This document shows, piece after piece, positions 28,662 to 38,460 of a DNA stretch of 64,000 nt (the stretch's first letter is position 1; each line of letters starts with the position of its first letter). The DNA is taken from NCBI GenBank assembly GCA_964291405.2, contig OZ219926.1:1333825-1397824 (forward strand), read 5' to 3'. A program made the position numbers and the translations under genes. Below the pieces are notes generated by a model that saw nothing but the letters and a program-made list of their open reading frames with translations, was not told where the DNA came from and made no database searches. Origin of the DNA: Thermodesulfobacteriota bacterium. Its GTDB lineage: Bacteria > Desulfobacterota > Binatia > Bin18.

Positions 28662-28817
28662 GCTTCATCGCCTCCGAGATTCAAGCTCCAGAGGCGATGA
28701 TGGCCGTTGACATGCCATTTTCAGCGGGGTATCTCACGTCCACCATATGTCCGCCGCCGGGTTATTCCCCGGTTGCATATCACAATAGCAAGCCGTCCAA
28801 GCCAATAGAGCACTGGT

Positions 28818-30002
28818 ATGAGTCAAGAAGGAAAACCATTTCTGTTGCAGATGTCCGCGGATCACATGCTGGCCCAGGCGCGCGAGATGACCGGTATCGA
28901 CATCATCGACGAGGCGGCCGTAGAACCGTTCCGGCTCTTACACACCGCATATAATACCGATGCCTGTCTGCATGAACAGGGCGCGATCGCCATTGAAAAA
29001 AAATTATTGCGCCTGCTCTGTAATCGGTTACGGATGCAACGGGACTTTGCCCGGTATCCGGAAATTGCCGAGATCGAGATTCAAAATCCGGCCTTTGTCT
29101 ATGGCCAGCTGCGAAGCGGCACCACAAAGATACAGAAGCTCCTGGCAGCCTCCGGTGATTTTCACTATCTCCCCTTCTGGTGGACGTATAATCCGTCGCT
29201 GATCACCGGGTCCATGACGGAGTCACCGCAACCCCGGATTGATGAAGCGGACGCATTTATCCGCTGGTTCGATAGCATGTCTCCAGATGCCAAGTTGGGG
29301 CACCGTTTTCAAACCTTTGAACCGGAGGAGGAAAGTCTCTTACTCGAACACAGCCTGGTCAGCGGCGTATTCATCGCGTTCAATACGATGAGCAGTTATA
29401 TGCAGTGGTTTGCCACCCAGAACCCGACCATGACCGTCGAATACCTGCGCGATATGCTGAAATACCTGCAATGGCAATCGGGTGAAAACAAACCCTGGGT
29501 CCTAAAAAGTCCGCTGTGGTGCGGCCTGGAACCGTTTATTATTGATGTCTTTCCGGATGCCCGCCTGCTCATGACCCATCGCACTCCGCACAAGACCATC
29601 CCCAGCCTGTTCCGCTTACTGGACACCTTTCACGCCCCGTTTTCCGACAAGCCCCCGGAGTATGAAACGCTCAGAATGGGGCTCGCGATGGGCATGGAGC
29701 AGCATCTCAAGGTCCGGCAAAGCCGGCCAGACATCAAGATTCTGGACATTCCCTATAATGAAGTCACCGGCCCCAGTGAGGACGCGGTCACAAAGATCTA
29801 TAACTTCTGTGGCATGCCCTTGCGTGAGGAGGCCCTACAAAACATACGCAACTGGGAGGCGGCGAATCCCATCCACAAATTAGGCGCGTTCACCTATGAT
29901 CAGGCGGACTATCAGCTGACACAAGACCTGATTAACCGGGACTTCGGCTCTTATTTGGAGTTCCTCAACAGCACGTTTCCTACAATCTCGAACGCTCAAT
30001 AA
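28818..30002 (+). CDS. sulfotransferase family protein
   Basis: 394 aa, with the PAPS 5'-phosphosulfate-binding loop YGQLRSGTTKIQKLL. Confidence 0.7.
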   Translation: MSQEGKPFLLQMSADHMLAQAREMTGIDIIDEAAVEPFRLLHTAYNTDACLHEQGAIAIEKKLLRLLCNRLRMQRDFARYPEIAEIEIQNPAFVYGQLRSGTTKIQKLLAASGDFHYLPFWWTYNPSLITGSMTESPQPRIDEADAFIRWFDSMSPDAKLGHRFQTFEPEEESLLLEHSLVSGVFIAFNTMSSYMQWFATQNPTMTVEYLRDMLKYLQWQSGENKPWVLKSPLWCGLEPFIIDVFPDARLLMTHRTPHKTIPSLFRLLDTFHAPFSDKPPEYETLRMGLAMGMEQHLKVRQSRPDIKILDIPYNEVTGPSEDAVTKIYNFCGMPLREEALQNIRNWEAANPIHKLGAFTYDQADYQLTQDLINRDFGSYLEFLNSTFPTISNAQ

Positions 30003-30093
30003 GCAATGAAGGCCGTGGGACCGGGTGATACGGGCTCTTGCAAAGACAAACCCGGTGTGACACCATCGGCTATCTTTAACTGGAGGGCATGTT

Positions 30094-31359
30094 ATGGGGC
30101 TTAATACCATCGAGAACAACGCTGTAGGGGTTAATTCGTCGGCCTATGTGCCTTCTCTCCAGCTCACCGCCGGGCAGCCGGCACCCATCGCGGCGAACGG
30201 CGGTTTGTCCTACATGTCGTTCGATCAGGACGGGGATGCGGGAACCGCGGCGGCGATGGAGGCGGCGATCCGCCAGGTTGCCGAGGGCGAAGGGCAAGCG
30301 GTCATCGACATGATCGAGAACGCCCCTCCCGGCCCGATCGAGACCAGGTGGGGTCTTGGGTTTCGGAGCTACGACGAGTGCCTGGACTATATTCGGGCGA
30401 ACAACATCCAGGCTCCCGAAGGCGGCGTCGCACTGCCGTTGCGCTACACGGTCTACGAGCAGCCGTCCTACTCGGTCGTCTCGTCCAACGCCATCTGGCG
30501 GGACCCGGCGCGCGCGGATGTGGCCAAAATGTTTCGCCAGGAAGAGCAGGAGATCGGGCGGAGAGGTCTCTATTTCCCGCAAATCCTGCGCGACGCGCGC
30601 CGGATGGCAGAGTACTACCCCGGTCTCTCGCCCACGAGCCCCGAGTGTATGGACAAGCTCGGCGTCTCGCTCGCCCACTGCGAATCGAAATGCCAGAATT
30701 TCTACGACGCCGCCGAGGTGGAGCGCGTCTTCTACCCGGAGATCGAGAAACTCCTGCTCGATTTCTTCCCCGGTGCAACGGATGCACTCGTGTATAACCA
30801 CGACGTGTTTGACAAGGACTACACGGGCCCCGTCAAGGAAGATCAGGACAACAAGGACCCGGGGGTCAACACCTTCTACGCCAACATCGTGCATAACGAC
30901 CTGAACGACAACAGCGGCCGCGTGCGGTGCCGCGAACTGCTGACGAAGAACCTGCGCAACTTTGGGCGCCGGCAGCACTACACCGAGGCGGAGGCCGACG
31001 CAAAGATGTCGCGGCGGTTCATGTCGATCAACCTGGCCAAGCCGATGGAGACCGTGGGCCAGAACCCCTTTGTCCTGTGTGCCTGGCCGTCGTTTGCTGA
31101 CCAGCCGTATATCACCAACTACCGCATCTACGACGACCGCGTGGGCGAGACCACCCGCTTCACCTACCGTCCCAACCATGAGTGGTACTGGCTTCCGCAG
31201 CAGACGTCGACCGAAGTGTCGATGCTCAAGTGTTACGACTCGGTGACCGACGGCTCGGTGTCGCGGTGGTCGTTCCACTCGGCCTGCATCGACCCGACCG
31301 CGCCCAAGGACGCCCCGTGCCGCAAGAACGTGGTCGTCCGCTCCTATATCTTCTTCTAG
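30094..31359 (+). CDS. CmcJ/NvfI (AsaB-like) family oxidoreductase with a roughly 170-aa N-terminal extension of unknown function
   Basis: The C-terminal 250 aa share family blocks with 33489..34427 (FYPEIEKLL, VHNDLNDNS, HEWYWLPQQTSTEVSMLKCYDS, final R..V..R....FF). The 475-aa ORF on the opposite strand is a shadow. Confidence 0.6.
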   Translation: MGLNTIENNAVGVNSSAYVPSLQLTAGQPAPIAANGGLSYMSFDQDGDAGTAAAMEAAIRQVAEGEGQAVIDMIENAPPGPIETRWGLGFRSYDECLDYIRANNIQAPEGGVALPLRYTVYEQPSYSVVSSNAIWRDPARADVAKMFRQEEQEIGRRGLYFPQILRDARRMAEYYPGLSPTSPECMDKLGVSLAHCESKCQNFYDAAEVERVFYPEIEKLLLDFFPGATDALVYNHDVFDKDYTGPVKEDQDNKDPGVNTFYANIVHNDLNDNSGRVRCRELLTKNLRNFGRRQHYTEAEADAKMSRRFMSINLAKPMETVGQNPFVLCAWPSFADQPYITNYRIYDDRVGETTRFTYRPNHEWYWLPQQTSTEVSMLKCYDSVTDGSVSRWSFHSACIDPTAPKDAPCRKNVVVRSYIFF

Positions 31360-31522
31360 GGAGACAACCCGACGTAGCGCTCTCCTCGCTGCGTCGGGGA
31401 GATCAGGGACGTAGCAATCTTTTACCCGGTGGGTGAGTGCCGGTTGCCAACGCGCCGCCCCCACTCGCCCGCGCTGACAGATTTTCCGGTTCGAGGTATT
31501 CACCGCATCTTAGAGGGACAAA

Positions 31523-32701
31523 TTGACGACATACGAACCTTTCACGGTCGACATTCCGGAAACGGCTCTCGTAGATCTTCGCGAACGTCTGCAACGGACT
31601 CGACTGGCACCGGAGTTCGCGAACGATGATTGGCGCTTCGGCACGAATGGGGCCTATTTGCAGGAACTGCTGGACTATTGGGCGACAGATTTCGACTGGC
31701 GCGCACAAGAAGCCGCGATCAACCAGTTTTCGAACTACAAAACGACGATTGACGGTGTTCCTATCCACTTCATCTATGAAAAAGGCAAGGGTCCGAACCC
31801 GACGCCGCTGATATTAAGCCATGGCTGGCCTTGGACGTTCTGGGATTGGCACAAAGTTATCGGTCCGCTCACTGATCCCGCGGCCTACGGTGGCGATCCA
31901 GCAGATTCATTTGATGTCATCGTGCCGTCCCTGCCAGGCTTTGGTTTTTCGACACCACTTACGACGACCGGGTTCAATTTCTGGCGCTCTGCTGATCTGT
32001 GGGTCTCACTCATGCGCGAGGTGCTGGGTTACGACAAATTTGCCGCCGGCGGAGGAGATTGGGGTTCGCTCACAACCGCCCAACTGGGACACAAATACGC
32101 CGAGCACATGATCGGCGTGTACCTACTTTTGATGGCGCCGCTCACGCTCTTCAACGTGCCGCTCAGCACATTACCCGAAGAATCGGAGTTTTCCGCAGAT
32201 GAAGCCGGTTGGTACGAACGAAACCAAGATTTTTTCACGGATGGAAGTGGCTATTCGGCCATTCAATCGACGAGACCCCAGACTATTGCCTACGCAATGA
32301 ACGACTCGCCCACCGGGTTATGCGCCTGGCTCCTGGAGAAACGCCGCAGTTGGAGCGATTGCGGCGGCAATGTCGAGAGCCGCTTCAGCAAAGATGACCT
32401 GCTGACGGGGATCAGTATCTACTGGTTCACCCAGTCGTATGGAACCTCGGCACGCTACTACTATGAGTGTACACACAACCAGTGGCAGCCAGCGCATGAT
32501 CGGACCCCGGTGGTCGAGGCCCCGGCCGGAGTTGGCGTGTTTTCAGAAGAGGCGTTCTTCATGCCACGGAGCTGGGCCGAGCGTTATTACAACCTTCAAC
32601 ATTGGACGATGATGAAACCTGGCGGGCACTTTGCGCCGATGGAAGAGCCACAGGCGCTTACTGAGGACATACGGACGTTCTTTCGCTCATTGCGGGGATA
32701 G
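31523..32701 (+). CDS. epoxide hydrolase (second paralog)
   Basis: 392 aa with a non-ATG start in the track. It has FTVDIPETALVDLRERLQRTRLAPE, HGWPWTFWDW and an alpha/beta hydrolase body. Confidence 0.85.
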   Translation: MTTYEPFTVDIPETALVDLRERLQRTRLAPEFANDDWRFGTNGAYLQELLDYWATDFDWRAQEAAINQFSNYKTTIDGVPIHFIYEKGKGPNPTPLILSHGWPWTFWDWHKVIGPLTDPAAYGGDPADSFDVIVPSLPGFGFSTPLTTTGFNFWRSADLWVSLMREVLGYDKFAAGGGDWGSLTTAQLGHKYAEHMIGVYLLLMAPLTLFNVPLSTLPEESEFSADEAGWYERNQDFFTDGSGYSAIQSTRPQTIAYAMNDSPTGLCAWLLEKRRSWSDCGGNVESRFSKDDLLTGISIYWFTQSYGTSARYYYECTHNQWQPAHDRTPVVEAPAGVGVFSEEAFFMPRSWAERYYNLQHWTMMKPGGHFAPMEEPQALTEDIRTFFRSLRG

Positions 32702-32888
32702 TGTCCGCCCAGAAACCGCGCTCAATAACGACGCCGAACGTAGTGCGCGCAACGCTTCAGCACGGAAAATTCATACTCAAGCCCAACAGACCTACAAAAC
32801 CAGTGAACGGGATCCCATCGGAACGAAATTGAGCGAAAGATCCAGAACAACCTGCTCAAGAGCGTCAGTGAGGAGGCGCGCTGCTCCG

Positions 32889-33335
32889 TCAGGCTAGGAT
32901 GGCCTGAAATTCCTCCTCTGTTGGCTGGGTCTCAAACTTCGGAATCGCGGGGTTCATCGCATCCCACGGTTGGGCACTGGCCGTCCAAATGTCGGCGGTA
33001 GGCCGAACCCAACTGGGATCGTCCAAGCTACCGACGCGGAGGGACATCATGGCGGGATACGCCGACGGGAGGGCGACCAGCGGAGAGCTACACGTCGGAC
33101 AGAAGCCATGGCGGACCGAGGTTCCGCGCTCCCCAACCGTCTCATAGTATTGAGGGCTCCCTTGGGTGAACTGCACCTTGGCGGCAGGAACACCAACGAC
33201 GGTACTGTGTGCGCTGCCCGTGATACGTTGGCAGTCACGACAGTGACAATTGAGAGACATCATAGGCTCAGCCGAACAGGCATACCGAACCGCGCCACAC
33301 GCGCACCCACCCGTAAAGGGAGTTGAAACCGGCAT
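32889..33335 (-). CDS. GFA-family zinc protein (second paralog)
   Basis: 148 aa, GGCACGAVRYAC...CHCRDCQR. Confidence 0.75.
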   Translation of the reverse strand: MPVSTPFTGGCACGAVRYACSAEPMMSLNCHCRDCQRITGSAHSTVVGVPAAKVQFTQGSPQYYETVGERGTSVRHGFCPTCSSPLVALPSAYPAMMSLRVGSLDDPSWVRPTADIWTASAQPWDAMNPAIPKFETQPTEEEFQAILA

Positions 33336-33488
33336 AATAGAACCCTCCTTTTGCCTACGGCCTTAGCAGGGTGGCGGGTGTGTCACAAGTCGAAAGGCGA
33401 AGGCGTTATTGGAAGCGCTGGCAGAAGCTGATTCTTGTCCTGACTTGTGGTAGATGAGGGTGAGAATACATTTTTGAGGGGCGCAAGG

Positions 33489-34427
33489 ATGACAACAGCA
33501 CAGATCAATTATGCCATCCCGAACGCGGATGGCAGCCAGCGCTACGCGTATGACAACAGTTTTCAACCACTGCCGGCCGGGGTGACGCGGCGCAAGAATG
33601 GGGAATCGCAGACGTGTACCGTTGAGGTGCACGACGGCCGGACGTTGTCACCGCCCCCATCGTTAATGAGAAACGGCTATTGCCTGGCCCGGGATTTCGA
33701 CACCGCACTCGATTTACAGAGCGAGGGCTTGGACTCCGAGAAGATCGTGCATACGTATTACCCCGAAATTCGCCACCTCGTCACTGAAGCGCTTGGCGGT
33801 GCCGACGCGGTGAAACGCGCGATTGTTTTCGACCACACGATTCGCTCAAGGGTCCGAAGAGCCACAGGAGAAAAAGAGACCAACGGCGAGAACGTCGGCG
33901 GCTATGCGAGTGCGGCGCATAACGACAACACGAGTGCTTCGGCGAAAAATCGGGTGCGCTTATTGTCTCAAGCGAAAGCGGCAGGCGGGAGTTTGACCTT
34001 GCCCACACCGCCGGTAACGGAGCGCGAGGCGGAAGAAATCGTGTCCGGACGGTTTGGGATATTTAATGTCTGGCGGCATTTCCGCAAGGACTACCCAGTC
34101 TTGGATTACCCACTCGCGATACTCGATGCCCAATCTACCCGTCCGGAGGACTTCCTCGCCAGTCTCTATATTTATCCCGACCGAGTAGGGGAAGTGGTCA
34201 GTGTTGTCAGAAATCCCGAGCATCGTTGGATCTACTATAGCGAAATGCGTCATCACGAGGCTTTGATTTTTAAAGTGTTCGACTCTTCATCCGAACTCGG
34301 GGTGTGCACCGCCGAACAATGCCCGCCCAATACCGCGCATACCTCTTTTCGCCTCGCCGACTCGGATGCTTCCACACCCGCGCGCGAATCGATTGAGTGC
34401 CGGGTTTTGGTGGAGTTTATGGCATAA
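33489..34427 (+). CDS. CmcJ/NvfI family oxidoreductase
   Basis: The internal ATG (MTTAQINY) of ORF 33447..34427 is used. Family blocks are YYPEIRHLV, VFDHTIR, AAHNDNT, FNVWRH, RWIYYSEMRHHEALIFKVFDS and ARESIECRVLVEF. Confidence 0.7.
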   Translation: MTTAQINYAIPNADGSQRYAYDNSFQPLPAGVTRRKNGESQTCTVEVHDGRTLSPPPSLMRNGYCLARDFDTALDLQSEGLDSEKIVHTYYPEIRHLVTEALGGADAVKRAIVFDHTIRSRVRRATGEKETNGENVGGYASAAHNDNTSASAKNRVRLLSQAKAAGGSLTLPTPPVTEREAEEIVSGRFGIFNVWRHFRKDYPVLDYPLAILDAQSTRPEDFLASLYIYPDRVGEVVSVVRNPEHRWIYYSEMRHHEALIFKVFDSSSELGVCTAEQCPPNTAHTSFRLADSDASTPARESIECRVLVEFMA

Positions 34428-34599
34428 CTGATGATTTCGGGTGGAAACCGATGATTCCTGTAGCGACGTGTGGTACGAGTGAGGATATCGTGATGAGTGC
34501 ACACCACAGTGACTCCTCACAGGGGAGTCACAATTTAACAATACTGTACGGTAAGGTAGCACGAGGGACCGCGCTCACGCGCGGAAAGGAGGGTCTCAA

Positions 34600-35775
34600 A
34601 TGACATTGACCGCAACTGAACTCTATACCGGCAACTACGGTATCATGGACACGGACGGGCATATCATTGAACCGGCTGATCTGTGGACCGGCGACCTGAT
34701 GGAAGCCAAGTATAAGGATCGGGGCCTCCGCTTCGGTCGGACTGCTGAGGGGCCGCATCTCCAGCTAGACGGGCAATTCCTCCGAGGCAATGACCTCAAG
34801 AGTGTACAAGCGATCATGGGTATGGGTCGGACACTCACGGAGATGGAGGGATTAAAGATGGAATGGCCGGGGGACGCTGATCCAGCTGGCTACAACCCCA
34901 CGGCGCGACTGGCCCGAGCGGACGCTGAGGGACTCAAATACACCGCTATCTTCACGTCCCTCGGGCTCCTGTGGAACACCCACATCACGGATATTGAGTT
35001 GGCCCATGCAATGTGTAGGGCCTACAATCGGTGGGTGATTGACTTCTGCTCCGGGAGCAATGGCCGGCTTGTGCCGATAGCGCATTGCTTTCTTGGGGAC
35101 CCCAAGGTCGCCGCGGAAGATCTCACAGCAGCGGTGAAGGCAGGCGCCAAGGGTGCGATGATCGTGACCTTTAATATCCGGAGATTACCCTTGGGGGATA
35201 CGGAATGGGACCCCTTTTATGCCGCAGCGCAGGATCTGGATGTGCCTATTTGCATCCACGTGTCTGGCGAGCTCCGGGAGTATCGGCCGTTTACCAGAAT
35301 CCAGCCTAAAATCCTGCATGACGGTGGACAATTTCTGATGTCCGTCCTGGGTGGCAGAGTGGCAATGGAAATCGCTCTCGTAGATATGTTTCAGTACGGG
35401 CTGTTCGAGCGCTTCCCGCGACTGCGCGTCGGCTTCTTTGAAGGAGGCGCGGGTTGGGTCCCCTCCTTGCTCGATAAGATGGAAGCGGTCTTCGATACCC
35501 AGGTCGGTGAGCGCAGCATCAAGCGAACCGCTCGACCGAAGGAGACGTTCGCTCAGCAATGCTTTGTGAGTGGCGATCCAGACGAAACGGGGTGGGCAAA
35601 AACAATCGAAGACTTCGACTCCCATCAATTCGGCTGGGCGTCGGATTTTCCGCATCCGGACCACCCCGGAAACTATATGGAACATCTTGCTCACCTCGCC
35701 GGGAGCCTCCACACACCGGAAGCACGCAACGGCCTGTTAGGAGATGCTTCGGTCCGGTTTTTCGGGCTGGCTTGA
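34600..35775 (+). CDS. amidohydrolase-2 family metal-dependent hydrolase
   Basis: 391 aa, with MDTDGHIIEPADLW and the late pattern WASDFPHPD. Confidence 0.8.
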   Translation: MTLTATELYTGNYGIMDTDGHIIEPADLWTGDLMEAKYKDRGLRFGRTAEGPHLQLDGQFLRGNDLKSVQAIMGMGRTLTEMEGLKMEWPGDADPAGYNPTARLARADAEGLKYTAIFTSLGLLWNTHITDIELAHAMCRAYNRWVIDFCSGSNGRLVPIAHCFLGDPKVAAEDLTAAVKAGAKGAMIVTFNIRRLPLGDTEWDPFYAAAQDLDVPICIHVSGELREYRPFTRIQPKILHDGGQFLMSVLGGRVAMEIALVDMFQYGLFERFPRLRVGFFEGGAGWVPSLLDKMEAVFDTQVGERSIKRTARPKETFAQQCFVSGDPDETGWAKTIEDFDSHQFGWASDFPHPDHPGNYMEHLAHLAGSLHTPEARNGLLGDASVRFFGLA

Positions 35776-35876
35776 GGACGTCTACAGCACGCATTCGCCG
35801 GCAAGCCGCTGCACTTGCCGGTTTTTGTCAAAAGAATGTCCTGTCCTTGGGCACTGTCATACAGCTGAGGAACTCC

Positions 35877-36689
35877 ATGGCCAAACCTCGTTTCCCGACG
35901 GACGGTCCACTCCGCCTGTACTACCACCACACCAGCAGCGCCTCGATGCGCGTGACGCTGTATTTACGGTGTCGTGGCGTGCTGTCTTCGCAAGTCACCC
36001 TGGTGAGTACGGGTTTCGGCACCGATGACCGCGGTATCCCCGTTTACAGCATGCCGAAAAACGATCCCGAAACGGAGCGGCTGGGTACGGCGGATCTGAA
36101 GGCATTCAACCCGGAGGGGCGCGTCCCCGTACTGTTGCTGCCGGACGGAAGAACGATGACGCAATCGGGTCCGATCATCGAGCTGATCGAAGACTGGTTC
36201 GATCATGACGGCCCGCCGCTGTTGCCTGCTGACCCCTGGCTGCGGGCGCAGGTTCGCCGCATCATGTGGATCATTGCTGCCGATACCCAGCCGTATCAGA
36301 ATATCCCGTTTATTATCCAGGCAATCGGCGAATGGGGTATGACCAAAGCACCTCCGACGGAGCATCCGCTCCGGCTGCACTTCATCCGCCGTGAATTCGG
36401 GGCCATCGAACACATCATGTCGCAGTGTGCAGGGAAATTCTCTGTCGGCGACTCGATCACCTACGCCGACTGCTTCATCGTCCCTCAGATACGAAACGCG
36501 CTGCTGGCAGGCATTGACCTGCCTCATGAGTTCCCAACGCTGAACCGCGTGTGGGAAAACATGCTGGCCGTGCCCGAAGTCCACGCGGTTCTGGACCAGG
36601 CTGGCGGTGTAGTTCAACCGCTATTTTTCGATAAGGAAAAATTCGAAGTCTACGCTGACAACGCCAAACCCGAGGCGGGGTTGTCGTGA
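35877..36689 (+). CDS. glutathione S-transferase (zeta / maleylpyruvate-isomerase-like)
   Basis: The ATG at 35877 (MAKPRF, RBS GAGGAA) lies inside the long ORF 35559..36689. It contains LRLYYHHTSSASMRV, FNPEGRVPVLLLPDGRTMTQSGPIIELI and a C-terminal helical domain. Confidence 0.7.
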   Translation: MAKPRFPTDGPLRLYYHHTSSASMRVTLYLRCRGVLSSQVTLVSTGFGTDDRGIPVYSMPKNDPETERLGTADLKAFNPEGRVPVLLLPDGRTMTQSGPIIELIEDWFDHDGPPLLPADPWLRAQVRRIMWIIAADTQPYQNIPFIIQAIGEWGMTKAPPTEHPLRLHFIRREFGAIEHIMSQCAGKFSVGDSITYADCFIVPQIRNALLAGIDLPHEFPTLNRVWENMLAVPEVHAVLDQAGGVVQPLFFDKEKFEVYADNAKPEAGLS

Positions 36690-36710
36690 TGAATCGTCAC
36701 AGATCCTCAA

Positions 36711-37912
36711 CTACGCTTCGCTAACGACACGGCTCGCGGCTTCGACGGCCCCTTCGCCATGGGGGATGTTCAGCGCTTTCAGACCTGCGTCGATCACCGC
36801 GAGCATGCCCAAGGTCATGTGCGCATTCACGTGACCCATGTGGGCGACGCGGAAGAAACCATGGTAGGCAGGGTCGGAAGGTTCCGCCATGCCCAGTCCG
36901 ATGCCCAGGGTCACCCCGGACTTTTTTTCGGTCCAGCGTCTCAGCTCGGTGGCATGAGGGGCATCCATGGAAGCCGCAGTGACCGAGTGGGAACGGTCTT
37001 TTGGGTCGTTGATGTTAAGACGAATGGAACTGCCCATTCCCCAAGCATCGAACGCGGCCCAGACCGCTCGGCTGAGTTTCGCATGCCTGTCCCAAGCTGC
37101 CTCGAGTCCTTCCTCTTCCAGCAGCATAGTCAAAGCTTCACGCAGTCCAAAAAGATGGTGCGTCGGGGCGGTACCGAAAAAGTAGTGATAAAACACTTCC
37201 GGGTGGATTCGCGGACGGATATCCCAGTAAGGGGTAACCAGGTCCGCTTTCTTCCGAGCTTCGAGCACCCGTTGGTTGAAAAACATGAAACCCAGTCCCG
37301 GCGGAGTCATCAGGCCTTTCTGGCTGCCCGCCACCATCAGGTCTACGCCCCAGCTATCCATTTCAAAGGGTTCACAGGCCAAGCTGGCCATGGAGTCGAC
37401 CATGTACAAGGCCGGGTGCCCGGAGGAACGGATGCACTCGCCCAGGGCGGCGAGATCATTTCTCACCGAACTGGCCGTGTCCGTTTGCACGACCAGAATC
37501 GCTTTGTAGCGACGGTTCGAATCGGCTTTCAGCTTGGCTTCTACCTGATCCAGGTCCACCGGAGCCGATTTGCCGAAATCCACCAGGTCGACCTCCACCC
37601 CGAGCCGTTCAGCCATGCTGGCCCAGAATACGACGAAGCGTCCCGTAGCCAGGGCGAGCACCCTGTCCCCGCGCGAGAGGATGTTGGTCAGGGCGGCCTC
37701 CCAGGTGCCGTGCCCGTTGGCGATGTAGATGGCGACTTCCCCGGAACTCCTGGCCACCCGGTTCAAATCTGGAATCATGCCTTCCACCATTTCGTGGAGG
37801 GCGCGCCCTCATAGATATTCGGCGCGGCCTGGTGCATTGCCTGCAGGACGCGGTCCGGAATCACCGAAGGACCCGGAATAGCAAGATAGTGACGACCATG
37901 GCTTAATGACAT
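36711..37912 (-). CDS. class V pyridoxal-phosphate aminotransferase (serine/alanine-glyoxylate type) with an apparent 1-nt frameshift near 37795-37810
   Basis: ORF 36711..37790 lacks the family N-terminus. That N-terminus (MSLSHGRHYLAIPGPSVIPDRVLQAMHQAAPNIYEGA) is encoded from the ATG at 37912 in another frame. The span is 1202 nt, one short of a multiple of three. Confidence 0.75.
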
Positions 37913-37941
37913 CGAATTCCTTGCCTCTCTTTTTCTCTTTG

Positions 37942-38234
37942 TTACGCGGCTTCAAACTCTACTCTTTGGACATGTGAGAGATCTGTCGTTTTTCTGGTTT
38001 GCCACAAGCCATAGTTGTCCTGCATAGCCAGCCAGCTCTCCGGGGAACGACCCAAAGCCTTCGACAACCGCAATGCCATTTCCGGGCTGATAGCGCTCCG
38101 CCTATTAATGAGGCGAGTCAGCGTTGAAGGGACAACTCCTAAACTCGCCGCCAGTTACCGCATGCTTATGTCGAACGGTTCAAGGTAGGTGGACCGAATA
38201 AACTCTCCGGGATGTGGGGGTTATACATAGTCAT
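37942..38234 (-). pseudogene. decayed HigA-like antitoxin gene
   Basis: The HigA-like frame reads PHPGEFIRSTYLEPFDISMR-stop-LAASLGVVPSTLTRLINRRSAISPEMALRLSKALGRSPESWLAMQ. It is out of frame with its ATG (a C5 run at 38216-38220 on the plus strand as G5). It also contains an in-frame TAA at 38155-38157. Confidence 0.6.
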
Positions 38235-38460
38235 GAGTCATAATCCTCATAGTCTAATATGTGTATGTTTCCATCCTTAAACTCAAACGTAGGCCGCCAG
38301 TTACCGCTTGCCCATATTGACCAGCGACCCTTCAACTTTCCAGCCTCCCCGAGATCGCTTCGGGCAGAGAGTATCAGCAAAGCTGAGAAAGGGAAATTTT
38401 CTAAACCTGAAGAAACATGCAACGTCTCTCATTTTCTTGGGCTTATTGAATTAACGGCAC
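38231..38460 (-). pseudogene. decayed HigB-like toxin gene
   Basis: The C-terminus is LKGRWSIWASGNWRPTFEFKDGNIHILDYEDY. The upstream part has an in-frame TGA and no usable start. An ATGA stop/start overlap with the antitoxin remnant is retained. Confidence 0.55.

Noticed and set aside
30076-31503. 475-aa ORF on the minus strand
   Set aside because: It lies antisense to the well-supported CmcJ-like gene 30094..31359. The composition is Arg/Gly/Val/His-rich with no recognisable motif, which is a typical shadow ORF in GC-rich DNA.
35559-35876. N-terminal 106 codons of the long ORF 35559..36689
   Set aside because: This part overlaps the 3' end of the amidohydrolase gene in another frame and is Arg/Pro-rich. 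GST homology starts at the ATG at 35877, which has its own RBS.
37514-37523. GGTTCGAATC, a tRNA T-loop-like sequence
   Set aside because: It lies inside the aminotransferase coding region, and the flanks cannot be folded into acceptor or anticodon arms.
36759-37814. 351-aa ORF on the plus strand
   Set aside because: It lies antisense to the class V aminotransferase gene. It is low-complexity and Arg/His/Gly-rich with no family signature.
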